Notes under the pieces: generated by a model
Database searches by the model: none
What the model saw: the letters and a program-made list of their open reading frames with translations, nothing else
Told to the model about the DNA's origin: nothing
Shown: positions 24,648-38,092 of the stretch, piece after piece
Numbering within the stretch: the first letter of the stretch is position 1
Layout: each line of letters starts with the position of its first letter
Program-made: the position numbers and the translations under genes
Assembly: GCF_006345805.1 (NCBI RefSeq)
Contig: NC_043007.1
Span: forward strand, 26,226,001-26,290,000
Direction: 5' to 3'
Length of the DNA: 64,000 bases
DNA from: Octopus sinensis
Taxonomy: Eukaryota

Positions 24648-25369
24648 GTAATATTATCTACTTATAGCTATACATATTTATGTATATACTGCGTGCATGC
24701 ATGTATGTATGTATGTATGTATGTATGAAAAAGCAGTGCAATCGAACCAAGCAATCTTCAATAAATGTTTACAGTGCAGCTGCTATTTACAACTAGTGAT
24801 ACGTATATTGCCCTATCCTCTCCCTCTTTGGCACCTACTTACAGCTAAGTACACTAGGTCAATTGTAATTTAGTTTATTGCCAATGGTACTTAACGTACT
24901 ACGAACATAAATACCAATAAAACACAAGTATAAGGAGATAAAGACAGATGCACTTGATTCAAGTGACGCAGAGGTTTTGAGTTCGACCTCTGTAAATCTA
25001 ATGTGGTGCAACTCTCGAGAAATATTTACTTTAATAAGCATCTGACATTTTATTTATTTTTGGCTTTTATTTTGCAGATAAATTATTCTTGAGTGAAGAT
25101 TGTTATAGTTTGTTTGAAGCATTGTAAAAGAATAGCAGGATAATGAGGAAATCATCTAACAATACAAAAATGAAAGGTGCAGTCAAAGAAATGTGTATCT
25201 ACGTAGATCTTGCCATTTGGATAGTCCGATGGGCATGTGACTGCGTTTTAGTCCGGTGCTTGGACAAGTAGCAGCTACTTCGCAAATAATGGTGTGGTTG
25301 GTGCCACATACGTTTCGCCTCCAAGTTTCGGAGCGATTAGTCTATGTATTTTAACTATTGCGTACATAC

Positions 25370-25400
<31 letters not shown>

Positions 25401-26499
25401 TGTATGATGTATGTATGTATGTAGTTGAGGTTATAAGAGATAATGGCGTCATTGAGACCCCAAGGTGTCAGGTAATGCTGAATAAGTGCTATAGACAGAC
25501 CATAGTTAAGTTCCAGATTCGGTAATATTGCGAATAAGGGGTTCAACGTCAGCGTGTGTATATAAGAAATTTTTGCGTTATGAGATAAAAAAAAACCAAG
25601 GCTGTATAGATTAGAACATTTATGTTCTAATATCTACACAGCCTTGGTTTTTTATCTCATTACGCAAAAAATTCTTATATGTATGTATATATATGTATGT
25701 ATATACATCTGTATTTGTGTGTGTAAAGGGATAAATTCGAGTTCTGCTCGTGAGACGGCCTTCGGGTGTTTCCATCGGGGTTTCCATCGGCCTTCGGGTT
25801 TTAACACCAAATGCTTCACTTTAGTATTTATAGTTTTATATAGTTTGAGTTTCACCGTTAAAAACAATCCGCTTTCACTACTAATCTGACATAAATTTTA
25901 GCTAACCTAACTTCTGTCTTAAGTTTACAGGGTCGCTGTGTCAACCTTACAAGTAACATTTGGTGGTGTCACTTGCTGCACAAACACATTGTCGGCGTTA
26001 CTTTGAAACACAGGCAAGCTATTCTAATTAGTAAAAATAGCTTGTTTTTATTCCATTTATTATCATAATGTTTCTATTTCTTTACTACCCACAAGGGGCT
26101 AAAAACAGAGAGGACAAACAAGGACAGACAAACGGATTAAGTCGATTATATCGACCCCAGTGCGTAACAGGTACTTATTTAATCGACCCCCGAAAAACTC
26201 AGAACGTAATGACAGACGAAATACTGCTAAGCATTTCACCCAGCGTGCTAACATTTCTACCAGATCGCCGCCTTTTATTATCATAATTTTTCACCCTTGC
26301 CCTGAATATCCAATGGATAAAGAAAATGCTTCTCATTCTGGGAAATGCGAACAGCGGGCATTGACCATTATGATGTTTTAACTTTTTAAAAATTCTTTAT
26401 AGCTGTGTGTCTGTAAACTATTTGTTTGAATCATATCATTATTTCAACCATAGTTTATGGCATTAAAAAACAGAATGTTTTTTTTTTTTCTTTTCGCTA

Positions 26500-27960
26500 G
26501 CGTATTTCAAAGAAACGGATGTGCAAAAGATAGAATTTAAAGATGGTAAAAGTTCAGATTTTGTCCAAGTTCTGACGAGGTAGCTTAATATGTGCATAAG
26601 TGAAGATGTTGAGTTGTTTGGAGATCTAATAAAGGGACAAGACCCACAATTTCTTAAAGAATTTGACTTAGTTTACGTGTGCGGTTATAGTGAAAATTGG
26701 ATCTGGTGAGAGCTGAATGCAGCGCTTCAAGGATTAACGTACTTTAATGTTTCGTAGAGCGTGTGACGAAAAACTTTCAGTAAACACGGTAGCAGCTTCT
26801 AAATTTGTGGTCAGATTTAATAAGTCGGTTTTGGATGAAGCTTTAACCCCTAAACATTTCTCCAATGCAACTGAGATGGTCATTGTTTTGGAAATGTGTG
26901 CTAAGAAGAACTCAGACAAGCAAGGCTACAGAATCACGAACAGGCTATAAAGCAGTAAGAGATCATATGACTTTGATGGCTTGCTCCAGTGCAGCAGATA
27001 CTCACAGATATTGTTGCTGGTTAATGCTAATCGTTTACGTCCAGGAGTATTTAAAGGTATACTCTTTACTCTTTTACTTGTTTCAGTCATTTGACTGCGG
27101 CCATGCTGGAGCACCGCCTTTAGTCGAGCAAATCGACCCCGGGACTTATTCTTTGTAAGCCCAGTACTTATTCTATCAGTCTCTTTTGCCAAACCGCTAA
27201 GTGACGGGGACGTAAACACACCAGCATCGGTTGTCAAGCAATGCTAGGGGGACAAACACAGACACACAAACACATATACACACACACATATATATATACA
27301 TATATACGACAGGCTTCTTTCAGTTTCCGTCTACCAAATCCACTCACAAGGCATTGGTCGGTCCGGGGCTATAGCAGAAGACACTTGCCCAAGATGCCAC
27401 GCAGTGGGACTGAACACGGAACCATGTGGTTGGTTAGCAAGCTACTTACCACACAGCCATTCCTGCGCCTATGACACAGAGGTTGCATAATAACCGATGT
27501 TACATTGGATTAGTTTGAAAATTACTTTGTTCATCAAACAAGGGTCTACTGTGACAGCGTTGACCTAATTACAACTTTAAGATAATGCATATTTCAGGCA
27601 ACTCTTTCATACATAGAAAAGCATAACTGGTAAAAAAAAAAAAAAATTGAAAAAAAGAAATTTTTTTTATTTGCTTCCTACCAAACTGTATATCATTAAT
27701 CCAAGAACAAGACATTGGCATATTATTTTTAAGTCTAAATACCACGCGTAATTTATGAAACATCTGCTGATTATAATTAAGTCTGGTAGACCAGTATGTC
27801 AGTTTCCCAAAGAATTTATTATAAAAGATATCATTTTCTGTATTGCCAATGTTTGGAATCTCGTTGAAGCATCCACGCTGAAAAATGAATGAGATAAACT
27901 GCGGCAAAGATTAATGTTTAAGTGTGCACCTGCCAAAAACATTGGAAATGAATTTAAAGA
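26500..27960 (+). mobile_element. Fossil pogo/Tigger (DDE_1) transposase, interrupted by SINE A
   Basis: SLFWKCVLRRTQTSK...GYKAVRDHMTLMACSSAA (ORF 26865); PNCISLIQEQDIG (~27680) and IKDIIFCIANVWNLVEASTLKN (~27820) read manually. Confidence 0.75.
27061..27470 (-). mobile_element. SINE family A, full length
   Basis: Reverse complement of the family A consensus. Confidence 0.9.
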
Positions 27961-27995
27961 ATTCAAAGCTTCAAGGTTAAAATGGAATACACATG

Positions 27996-28492
27996 ATCTC
28001 TTCTCCTTATCTCCTCAAAGACATACAGCATCTCGAAAGAGTCCAGAAGCTGGCTACCCGCATGGTTCATGGTCTCAAAAATTTGTCCTATGAAGAAAGG
28101 CTGAGGACGCTCGACCTTTATTCTCTAGAAAAACGCCGCCGCCGTGGTGATCTCATTCTCGCCCACATCATCATAAGCGGAAAGTGTAACCTCTCGAAAG
28201 AGCTGTTCTTCCCTCCTGCTCCAGAGCGTCGGCTGCGGGGTCATTCCGAAAAGCTCTACCTGCGACGATTTCATCTCAATCGAGGGAGAGGAGCTTTCTC
28301 CGTCCGGGTTGCGGATCCGTGGAACAAGCTGCCAGACGAGATGGTGAAGATGCCGACGACCGCTTTGTTCAAAGTCTCCCTTGACCTCAAGTGGCCTGAA
28401 CTCTTTACATGAACACCACCCTGTACTTAACTCCATGTCTCCCTACATGGCCTTGCTATTTGCTTTTGAGCCAAATTAACTAACTAACTAAC
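27996..28492 (+). mobile_element. 5'-truncated CR1-clade LINE (RT C-terminus, 3' UTR, (TAAC)n tail)
   Basis: LERVQKLATRMVHGLKNLSYEERLRTLDLYSLEKRRRRGDLI...RGH...FSVRVADPWNKLP; tail at 28477-28492. Confidence 0.9.
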
Positions 28493-28714
28493 AAACATCT
28501 GCTTTCTCATATGTGTTGTTTGATTAATTCTGCTACAAATATTGATCATGAAAGTGACGCGAAATATGTAGGCGATAGATCTACATGGATATTCTTGTCT
28601 TGATCCTGGATATTACAAGGCTATGCTGGGTTTCTACGCAATTATAGAAACGAAACTGAAACCACAGGCGAGTAGACCAAGAAAGAAAACTCAGCTGCTA
28701 CACGTGTGGAAGTA

Positions 28715-29098
28715 TGGAAGCACTCCGTCGGTTACGACGATGAGGGTTCCGGTTGATCCGACCAACGGAACAGCCTGCTCGTGAAATTAACATGTAAGTG
28801 GCTGAGCACTCCACAGACACGTGTACCCTTAACGTAGTTCTCGGGGATATTCAGCGTGACACAGAGAGTGACAAGGCCGGCCCTTTGAAATACAAGTACA
28901 ACAGAAACAGGAAGAAAGAGTGAGAGAAAGTTGTGGCGAAAGAGTACAGCAGGGATCACCACCACCCCCTGCCGGAGCCTCGTGGAGCTTTAGGTGTTTT
29001 CGCTCAATAAACACTCACAACGCCCGGTCTGGGAATCGAAACCGCGATCCTACGACCGCGAGTCCGCTGCCCTAACCACTGGACCATTGCGCCTCCAC
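28715..29098 (-). mobile_element. SINE family C, tail type A, with 13-bp TSD
   Basis: TSD acgtgtggaagta at 28702-28714 and 29100-29112. Confidence 0.9.
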
Positions 29099-29329
29099 TA
29101 CGTGTGGAAGTAGCACTCGTCTGAAGGCCGTTTGCCTAAAGGTGAAAAAAAGCAGAACAGGAGAATGGTAGTGGTAAACATTAGTAGAGGCAATTTCAAA
29201 CATAAAAGCAGGTTGCATGCGTGAAAATCATGGATGCTGCTACTGTAGTTACTACATCACAACTGAACGCAGCCACGTGACTTTCCAGAGCCGAAATTGA
29301 GTCAATTGGAAAGAATTGTACTCTACGAA

Positions 29330-29733
29330 GAGTGGCTGTGTGGTAAGTAGCTTGCTAACCAACCACATGGTTCCGGGTTCAGTCCCACTGCGTGGCATCT
29401 TGGGCAAGTGTCTTCTGCTATAGCCCCGTGCCGACCAATGCCTTGTGAGTGGATTTGGTAGACGGAAACTGAAAGAAGCCTGTCGTATATATGTATATAT
29501 ATGTATGTGTGTGTGTGTTTGCGTGTCTGTGTTTGTTCCCCTAGCATTGCTTGACAACCGATGCTGGTGTGTTTACGTCCCCGTCACTTAGCGGTTCGGC
29601 AAAAAGAGATCGATAGAATAAGTACTGGGCTTACAAAAAGAATAAGTCCCGGAGTCGAGTTGCTCGACTAAAGGCGGTGCTCCAGCATGGCCGCAGTCAA
29701 AATGACTGAAACAAGTAAAAGAGTAAAGAGAGA
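29330..29733 (+). mobile_element. SINE family A
   Basis: Matches the family A consensus. Confidence 0.9.
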
Positions 29734-30010
29734 GTATCCACAAGAACCAAGGTCCGATAACGTTGAGCACTAGGAAAATATAGTGTGTTCTTTTCCAGTA
29801 CGAGGCAAAGATGAGGGAGAGAGACAAGAGTTACACTCTATTGCCATGAGGAGAAAACAAAGATGCAGAGCGCGGAGACAATCAAAATGAAAATGGAAAC
29901 CAAAATAAAAAAAACAGGCTGTCTGCAAACAAATAGACTACTGTTAACCTTGTTGGCTAGTATGTCTGTCCTCCTGCAAAGTTCAAACTACGCAGCTGTC
30001 CGAGTTTATA

Positions 30011-30241
30011 TATTTCTTTATTGCCCACAAGGGGTTAAACATAGAGGAGACAAACAAGGACAGACAAACGGATTAAGTCGATTACATCGACCCCAGTACG
30101 TAACTGGTACTTAATTTATCGACCCCGAAAGGATGAAAGGCAAAGTCGACCTCGGCGGAATTTGAACTCACGACGTAACGACAGACGAAATACGGCTACG
30201 CATTTCGCCCGACCTGCTAACGTTTCTGCCAGCTCGCCGCC
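30011..30241 (-). mobile_element. SINE family B, full length (3' part of a chimera)
   Basis: Family B consensus; the outer TSD gtccgagtttata at 29998-30010 and 30278-30290 also encloses the adjacent tRNA half. Confidence 0.9.
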
Positions 30242-30277
30242 TTAAAGTCTGATGCTCTACAGACTGAGCTATGCGGG
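30242..30277 (-). pseudogene. 5' half of tRNA-Lys(UUU), fused to SINE B
   Basis: Minus strand CCCGCATAGCTCAGTCTGTAGAGCATCAGACTTTAA versus canonical metazoan GCCCGGATAGCTCAGTCGGTAGAGCATCAGACTTTTAA (recalled from memory). Confidence 0.8.
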
Positions 30278-30546
30278 GTCCGAGTTTATAATAAGGGCCT
30301 GAATAAGCTGGAGAAACTGAGGGGAATGTTGTGGGAAGAGGAAAATAGGGAGCTACTACTGCGATCAGCAAACTGATAAGCTTTTGGTTAAAACTAGACC
30401 AAAACTAAAAATTGGGAAACTAAACATGTACTTCTGACGGACGGATTCTGCGAAAGACATTCGAAGGCTACGCGCTAGTGCTAATTCCGATGAGAGATTA
30501 GATTGAGCACATACATGTTCACATTATACGCGTGAGTGTGTGTGTA

Positions 30547-30618
<72 letters not shown>

Positions 30619-31044
30619 TATGTAGAAAAATACAAACTGGGACAAGAACGCAAAACACTTAGAAGACGATACAAAAAACACGGACGGGACATTCGAAACC
30701 CTCAAACAGAGGCTATAGGAGGAAGTGTGCAGAAAGGAGAAGGAAAAGGGTGGTGAAGAGAGTAGAGGTAAGTAAATAGGGGAATGTTGCAGAGAGAGAG
30801 TGTGTGTGTGTGGAAGGAGGGGTCTCTGTGTTTGTACCTCCACCATCACTTGACAATCAATTTTGGTGGGTTTACTTTCCCGTAAATTAGCGGTTCGGCA
30901 AAATAGATCGATAGCATAAGTACTAGACTTACAAAAATAAGCCCTGAGGTTGATTTGTTCGACTAAAGGTGGTGCTCAAGCATGGCCGAAGTAAAACAAT
31001 AAAAACCATGCCTTGTTTCAGTCATATATGTATGTATGTATGTA

Positions 31045-31092
<48 letters not shown>

Positions 31093-31627
31093 CCAGACTA
31101 AGAACAAAAATGGTTCATTAAAATAGGGCTTTAAATCAACGGTCTTATGTCTGTATATGTGTGCAGCCATCTACCTACACCTGTATCTTTCGTGTATATA
31201 CGTATATTAATAGATTGTTTGGTATGTATATATATATTGCTAAATGTATAAGCATTTTAGCGTGAAAATGTTTTTTCAAACGGATATATCGTTTCATTTA
31301 TTATTATTTTTACAAGTAAATATTTACCCTGGGTATTCAAACTCTGTCCTTCTTTATAAGCTATTTTTGATTTAAGGCTTTCTTCGATTTTTATAAGATG
31401 ATTTTAAACCGCAATATAGTATTGCATACAACCGGTCATTCAAAAGACCATTAGTTGAAAGGACAAATGAAACAAAACCCTTTTTAAATGTGTATCCATC
31501 AAACTAATTGTGTATTTTTGCCTATAACCTTATCTTTGTTCCATTCTAAACAAAACTGTCCGACGAACGGGAACGTGAAACAGTTTTGTGATAATTTTGC
31601 TGCTTTTTAATAAAGTATATATGTATG

Positions 31628-31694
<67 letters not shown>

Positions 31695-31711
31695 ATATAT
31701 ATATATATATA

Positions 31712-31752
<41 letters not shown>

Positions 31753-31912
31753 TAGGTAGATAGATAGATAGATAGTTATATATATATACATATAGATATA
31801 TACATATGTATAAATATATATGCATGTATGCATTGGATATGCGTAGAAACATATATCTATATATCTATGTCTACACATACACAAACAGACTCACGCGCGC
31901 GCATGAATATGT

Positions 31913-31962
<50 letters not shown>

Positions 31963-32063
31963 CTTCACCGAATTTCGGACACTTATATGAAGTATCCGCC
32001 TGTAATGTAACAGGAAATAGGAAGCGGAATTATACATTTAGATATATATACACACTGTTGGTT

Positions 32064-32100
<37 letters not shown>

Positions 32101-32423
32101 TTACATATGTGGATGAGTGCGTTTCTGTTTGTGGATTAATGTGCATGTTTTTGTGTGTATGAGTGTGTGTGTCTGTGTGTCTGTGTGTCTGTGTGTCTGT
32201 GTGTTTGTGTGTGTGTGCGTGCGTGCGGCCGTGCGTGCTTAAGTTTCAAAAACGAGGTGAGGTTCCCTCTCAGATATATTCCGTTTCAAATAAGATCTTT
32301 TATCTTTTTGCGCAATAAAATTTGTATTTTTAATCTGTTAAATATGTACTTATCCAATTCCTTGTTGTTGATTTGTTGTTGTCGTCGTTGCCGCCGTTGT
32401 TGTTGTTGTTGTTGTTGTTGTAG

Positions 32424-32472
<49 letters not shown>

Positions 32473-32788
32473 CGTGTCGTTGTCGTCGTCGTCGTCGTCG
32501 TAGCTATTGTCGTCACAATACTCATAATCTTGTTGCTGTTGTTGTTAAGCAACATGACGGGTAAGGGTGATTTAGGTGATGGTGTAGGGCTTAGGGGCGG
32601 GGGACCCCAGACCTTGGAAAAAGAAAAAAAACTTTGGTTGTCTTGTTGTAGTCGAGGGCTCTTCGTTGATGCCCGATACCACAGGGAGGTGGCCCTCGAA
32701 GTCGCTGGAAATGGAGATCTCCAGGTCCAAATTCTTGAACGGCTGTTGCTGTTGTTGAATCCCAGGCCAGTTGTGTTTGAAGCAAGCA

Positions 32789-33262
32789 GTGGATGCACGT
32801 GGGTTAGTGGTTACGGTGTTGGACTCATGATCGTACGATTGTGGTTTCGATTCCTGGACCGGGCGACGCGTTGTGTTCTTGCGTGAAACACTTCATTTCT
32901 CGGTGCTCCAGTCCACTCAGCTGTGAAGGCGCGTGGCTCAGTGGTAAGAGCGTCGAGCTTACGATCGGGAGGTTGTGAGCTCGAATCCCGGACCGGGCTG
33001 CGTGTTGTGTTCTTGAGCAAGACACTTTATTTCACGTTGCTCCAGTTCACTCAGCTGTAGAAATGAGTTGAGACATCACTGGTGCCAAGCTGTATCAGCT
33101 TTTACCCCTCCCTTCGATAACACAGCGGTGGCATGGAGAAGGGAGACTGGTATGAATGGGTGATTGCTGGTCTTCCATAAACAACCTTACCCAGACTTGT
33201 GCCTCAGAGGGTAACCCTCTAGGTGCAAACCCATGGTCAGTGTCTGACCGAAGGGGGTCTTA
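32789..33262 (+). mobile_element. Two head-to-tail family D SINEs (tRNA head plus CORE-like central region)
   Basis: A/B boxes followed by ttgagcaagacactttatttcacgttgctccag.tcactcagctg; homologues at 52341, 61374 and 62695. Confidence 0.8.
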
Positions 33263-33682
33263 AAAAAGTCCACTCTGCTGCGACGGGCCGGCGGGCGGGC
33301 GGCCTGACTAAATGGGGAATCTATACGCCACGAAACCGGGAAACCGGGCCCTTATGAGTCGGTATGACTCGAGAAAATAACTTTATCTTTACCTTTCTGC
33401 CCAAAAGCATCCCAGGCTCCTTGTTTAAAAGGTCGCAGAGTAACGAAATCTAGTACGACCATTCTTTCTATATCAGTCGGTACGTGTAATGTGAGACCGA
33501 GGGTACCATTTCTAACAGTCGATCGACCATGTAGAGACACTTTTGGTAGTTCTGTATTCCAATAGCTTATTAAATACGGATGCAAGTACATACAAACACA
33601 CATTTATGTCTTTGATATTATCACCGAATTTGCTATTGTTCATGCTGCTGTCTTTTTCTTCTTCTTGTTCTTCTTTTTCTTA

Positions 33683-34134
33683 CACCATTAGCCACAAAGG
33701 ATAATCTCTAATTCGAGCCTACTCTAAGCTACTGAGAATGCGTGTGGCAACTTGAAGATCCACCCACCATACGCGATAGACTGGCGGTTGCACGGGCGCG
33801 AAAGCTACGTTGTTATCCTCATTCCGTAAACGGTGGCTTTTAACGGGTACCATCCTGGGCACAGAGGATTCGCAATCTGAAGGTCTGAAGGTTTACCACA
33901 CCACAGTGGCTTACACTATGGTTCCTCTGCTTTGTGGCAGAAGTAGGAAGAAAGAGTGAGAGAAAGTTGTGGTGAAAGAGTACAGCGAGTTTCACCATCC
34001 AACCACCGCCGGAACCTCGTGGAGCTTAGTTGTTTTTGCTCAATAAACACTCACAATGCCCGGTCTGGGAATCGAAACCGCCTTCTTACGACCGCGTGTC
34101 CGTTGCCCTAACCTCTGGGCCATTGCGACTCTAC
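33683..34134 (-). mobile_element. SINE family C, tail type B ending in (GAA)n
   Basis: Colinear with 20141-20814. Confidence 0.85.
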
Positions 34135-34377
34135 ACTGTTCTTGTTGTACTCGTTATTGAGTATGTTTTAATGTTAATGTTGTAATAGATGTTAAGGTGT
34201 TGATGCTAACTGAACGTACTTATAACTGTTGATATAGCCATGGCTATTACTGTTTCTGCTTTTACTGAAGATTTTCTTAAAGACCAGGGTACCCTTACAT
34301 CCTTAGTTTATTCTACTGGACCCTCATAGCCATTCGACTTTTAAAAAATCCCATTTATATTTTTATAATTAAATATT

Positions 34378-34933
34378 CTTTTCTACTCTAGGCACAAGGC
34401 CTGAAATTTTGGGGGAGGGAGCCAATTGATTAGATCGACTCCAGTACGCAACTGGTCCTTAATTTATCGACCCCGAATGGATGAAAGGAAAAGTCAGCCT
34501 CGACGGAATTTGAACTCAGAACGTAAAGACAGACGAAATACCTATTGCTTCACTACCCACAACGGGCTAAACACAGAGAGGACAAACGGATTAAGTCGAT
34601 TTCATCGACCCCAGTGCATAACTGGTACTTATTTAATCGACCCCGAAAGCATGAAAGGCAAAGTTGACCTCGGCGGAATTTGAACTTAGAACGTAGCGGT
34701 AGATGAAATACCTATTTCTTTGCTACCCACAAGGGGCTAAATACAGAGAGGACAAAGAAGGACAGACAAATTGATTATATCGACCCAGTGCATAAATGGT
34801 ACTTATTTACTCGACCCCGAAAGGATGAAAGGCAAAATCGACCTCGGCGGAATTTGAACTCAGAACTTAAAGACAGACGAAATACCGCTAAGCATTTTGC
34901 CCGGCGTGATAAGTTTTCTGCCAACTCGCCGCT
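34378..34933 (-). mobile_element. SINE family B trimer (one head, three central/3' modules)
   Basis: The central domain ...cgacccc(g)aa(a)ggatgaaaggcaaag... is repeated three times. Confidence 0.85.
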
Positions 34934-35689
34934 TTTTTATGATTAAATGTTATTAAGAATTGTATAAAAAACGCTGTTAAAATATTTTGTGCATCATAGA
35001 AGTATAACCAATTTATTGCAATTGAATTCTAACAACGAAATCTTACATGCACCACCAAGGGCCATATAGTCCCTGGTGGAGGAGCACTATTGTAAATATT
35101 GAAATTGTTGTTGTTATTGTTGTTGTAGATGTTGTTATTAATGATACGTTGTTATTATTGATATATCTAATTGTTGTTGTTAATATTTTGGCTGTTATTG
35201 TTTTTTTACAGCTGTTTCCGTCATTGTTGTTCATGTCGAAAGTGTTGAAATCGTCGACGTTGCCGATATTGCTTCTTCTGCTGTTACTGTTGCTGTTGTT
35301 GTGTAGGTTACTATCCCTGCTGCTGCTGTTGCTGCTGCTGTCATTGTTGTTATTGTCGACGTCGTCGTCGTCGTCGTTGTGCCATACCAAGCGCTTCAGT
35401 GACGTCAAGAATGCAGGGTGAGTGACTTTTACAGATAGATTCTGGCTCAGTTGACATTATTTTAAAGGGTTCACTATTGATATATGACAAGGGGTCAAAA
35501 CATGCATTCCCAGATTTCTCCATCACTTTTGTGTTTTTTCATATAAAGATTACATCCCTTCCTCTGTCTCCCCTACCCCCGTATCTTCCCTCCCCCAACG
35601 CATCTGTTTTGTTTTCCTTTTCCTTTTCATATCATGTTACCCCTCCTATATCAATTCTTTATTTCTTCCTTGTTTTTATTACATTTTCT

Positions 35690-36248
35690 ATTATTTCTTC
35701 ATTCTTCTCTTCTTCTTCTTCTTCTTCTTCTCTTCTTCTTCTTCTTCTTCTTCTTCTTTTTCTTTTTCTTCTTCTTTGTCTTTTTCTTTCTTTCTTCTTT
35801 TCTTTTTCTTTTTCTTCTCTTTCTTCTTCTTCTTCTTCTTCTTCTTCTTCTTTTCTTTTCTTCTTCTTCTTCTTCTTCTTCTTCTTCTTCTTCTTCTTCT
35901 TCTTCTTCTTCTTCTTCTTCTTCTTCTCTTTCTTCTTCTTCTTCTTCTTCTTCTTCTTCTTCTTTTTTCTTTTTCTTTTTTCTTTCTTGTTCTTCTCTCC
36001 CTCTTCTTCTTCCTTCTTCTTCTTCTCTTCTTCTTCTTCTTCTTTTTCTTCTTCTTCTTCTTTTCTGCTCTTTCTTTCTTCTCCTCCTTCTCCTCTTCCT
36101 TTTTTCTTTCGGCTTCGTCCTCTTTTTTCTCGCTGTTATCATAAACATCATGATCGTTGTCGTCGTCGTTGTCGTCGCCGTCGTCGACATCGTCATCATC
36201 CTCCTCATCATCATCATCAATATCATCCTCCTCCTCATCATCATCAAT

Positions 36249-36285
<37 letters not shown>

Positions 36286-36298
36286 ATATCATCAATAT

Positions 36299-36332
<34 letters not shown>

Positions 36333-36334
36333 AT

Positions 36335-36371
<37 letters not shown>

Positions 36372-36448
36372 ATATCATATTCATCATCATCATCATCTTT
36401 ATCATCATTGTGATTTCCATCAGTGTCATAGTTTTCATCGTCGCTGTG

Positions 36449-36490
<42 letters not shown>

Positions 36491-36491
36491 G

Positions 36492-36526
<35 letters not shown>

Positions 36527-36545
36527 GTCATCATCGTCATCATCG

Positions 36546-36598
<53 letters not shown>

Positions 36599-36661
36599 GT
36601 CATCATCATCATCGTCATCATCGTCATCATCATCATCATATCATCATCATCATCATCATCG

Positions 36662-36711
<50 letters not shown>

Positions 36712-36721
36712 GTCATCATCG

Positions 36722-36757
<36 letters not shown>

Positions 36758-36786
36758 CATCATCATCATCATCATCATCATCATCG

Positions 36787-36848
<62 letters not shown>

Positions 36849-36920
36849 TCATCGTCATCATCATCATCATCATCATCGTCATCATCGTCATCATCGTCAT
36901 CATAATCATCATCATCATCG

Positions 36921-36952
<32 letters not shown>

Positions 36953-37000
36953 GTCATCATCGTCATCATCATCATCATCATCATCGTCATCATCGTATCA

Positions 37001-37033
<33 letters not shown>

Positions 37034-37156
37034 GTCATCATCGTCATCATAATCATCATCATCATCGTCATCATCATCATCATCATCATCATAATCATCA
37101 TCATCATCGTCATCATCGTCATCATCGTCATCATCATCATCATCATCATCATCGTC

Positions 37157-37187
<31 letters not shown>

Positions 37188-37273
37188 ATCATCATCATCA
37201 TCATCATCATCATCATGTCATCATCATCATCATCATCATCCTCTCCTCATCATCATCATCATCATCATAATCG

Positions 37274-37308
<35 letters not shown>

Positions 37309-37352
37309 GTCATCATCGTCATCATCCATCATCATCATCATCGTCATCATCG

Positions 37353-37387
<35 letters not shown>

Positions 37388-37421
37388 GTCATCATCGTCA
37401 TCATAATCATCATCATCATCG

Positions 37422-37459
<38 letters not shown>

Positions 37460-37507
37460 GTCATCATCGTCATCATCGTCATCATCATCATCATCATCAT
37501 CATCGTC

Positions 37508-37539
<32 letters not shown>

Positions 37540-37574
37540 CATCATCATCGTCATCATCATCATCATCATCGTCG

Positions 37575-37615
<41 letters not shown>

Positions 37616-37690
37616 GTCATCATCGTCATCATCGTCATCATCATCATCATCATCTTCACCTTCATCACCACAGTCACCACCATCGTCTTT
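35690..37690. repeat. ~2-kb compound microsatellite: (TTC)n then (CAT)n with CGT/AAT interruptions
   Basis: Direct reading; source of the spurious 597-aa and 539-aa ORFs. Confidence 0.95.
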
Positions 37691-38060
37691 TTATGCTTTT
37701 TAAACATCTCTCCGTTTTTTTCCTTTGTTTTTTTTTTTTTTTGCTTTTTTTCTCGTCACTTCAAATATGGATATAATTCAACCAGGCTGAATCCTTTCCG
37801 AGGGAAAAAAAAAAGAAACAGAAATGGATAAACGACAAAGACAACAAACAAACAAAATCAGGAAACGTCATCGTAATCTCACCTACACCCCCCGCTTCGC
37901 CCAAACTTTACCCATCACGACCTCAACCCCCCCAAACACACGTTCTTCACCACGTAGCTTCCCCCTCTCTCTCGCTCTCACTCACTCTCCACCTCTATCT
38001 GTCTGTCTGTTTGTCTGTATGTCTCTGTCTGACTGTCTCTCTGTCTCTCTCTCTCTCCCT

Positions 38061-38092
<32 letters not shown>

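Noticed and set aside
32155-32886. 243-aa ORF and the opposite poly-Gln ORF
   Set aside because: Built from (TG)n, (GTT)n and a SINE head; no coherent protein signal
35477-37776. 597-aa and 539-aa ORFs (poly-Ser/Phe/Ile/His)
   Set aside because: Open only because (TTC)n and (CAT)n lack stops in those frames; no domain content or splice context
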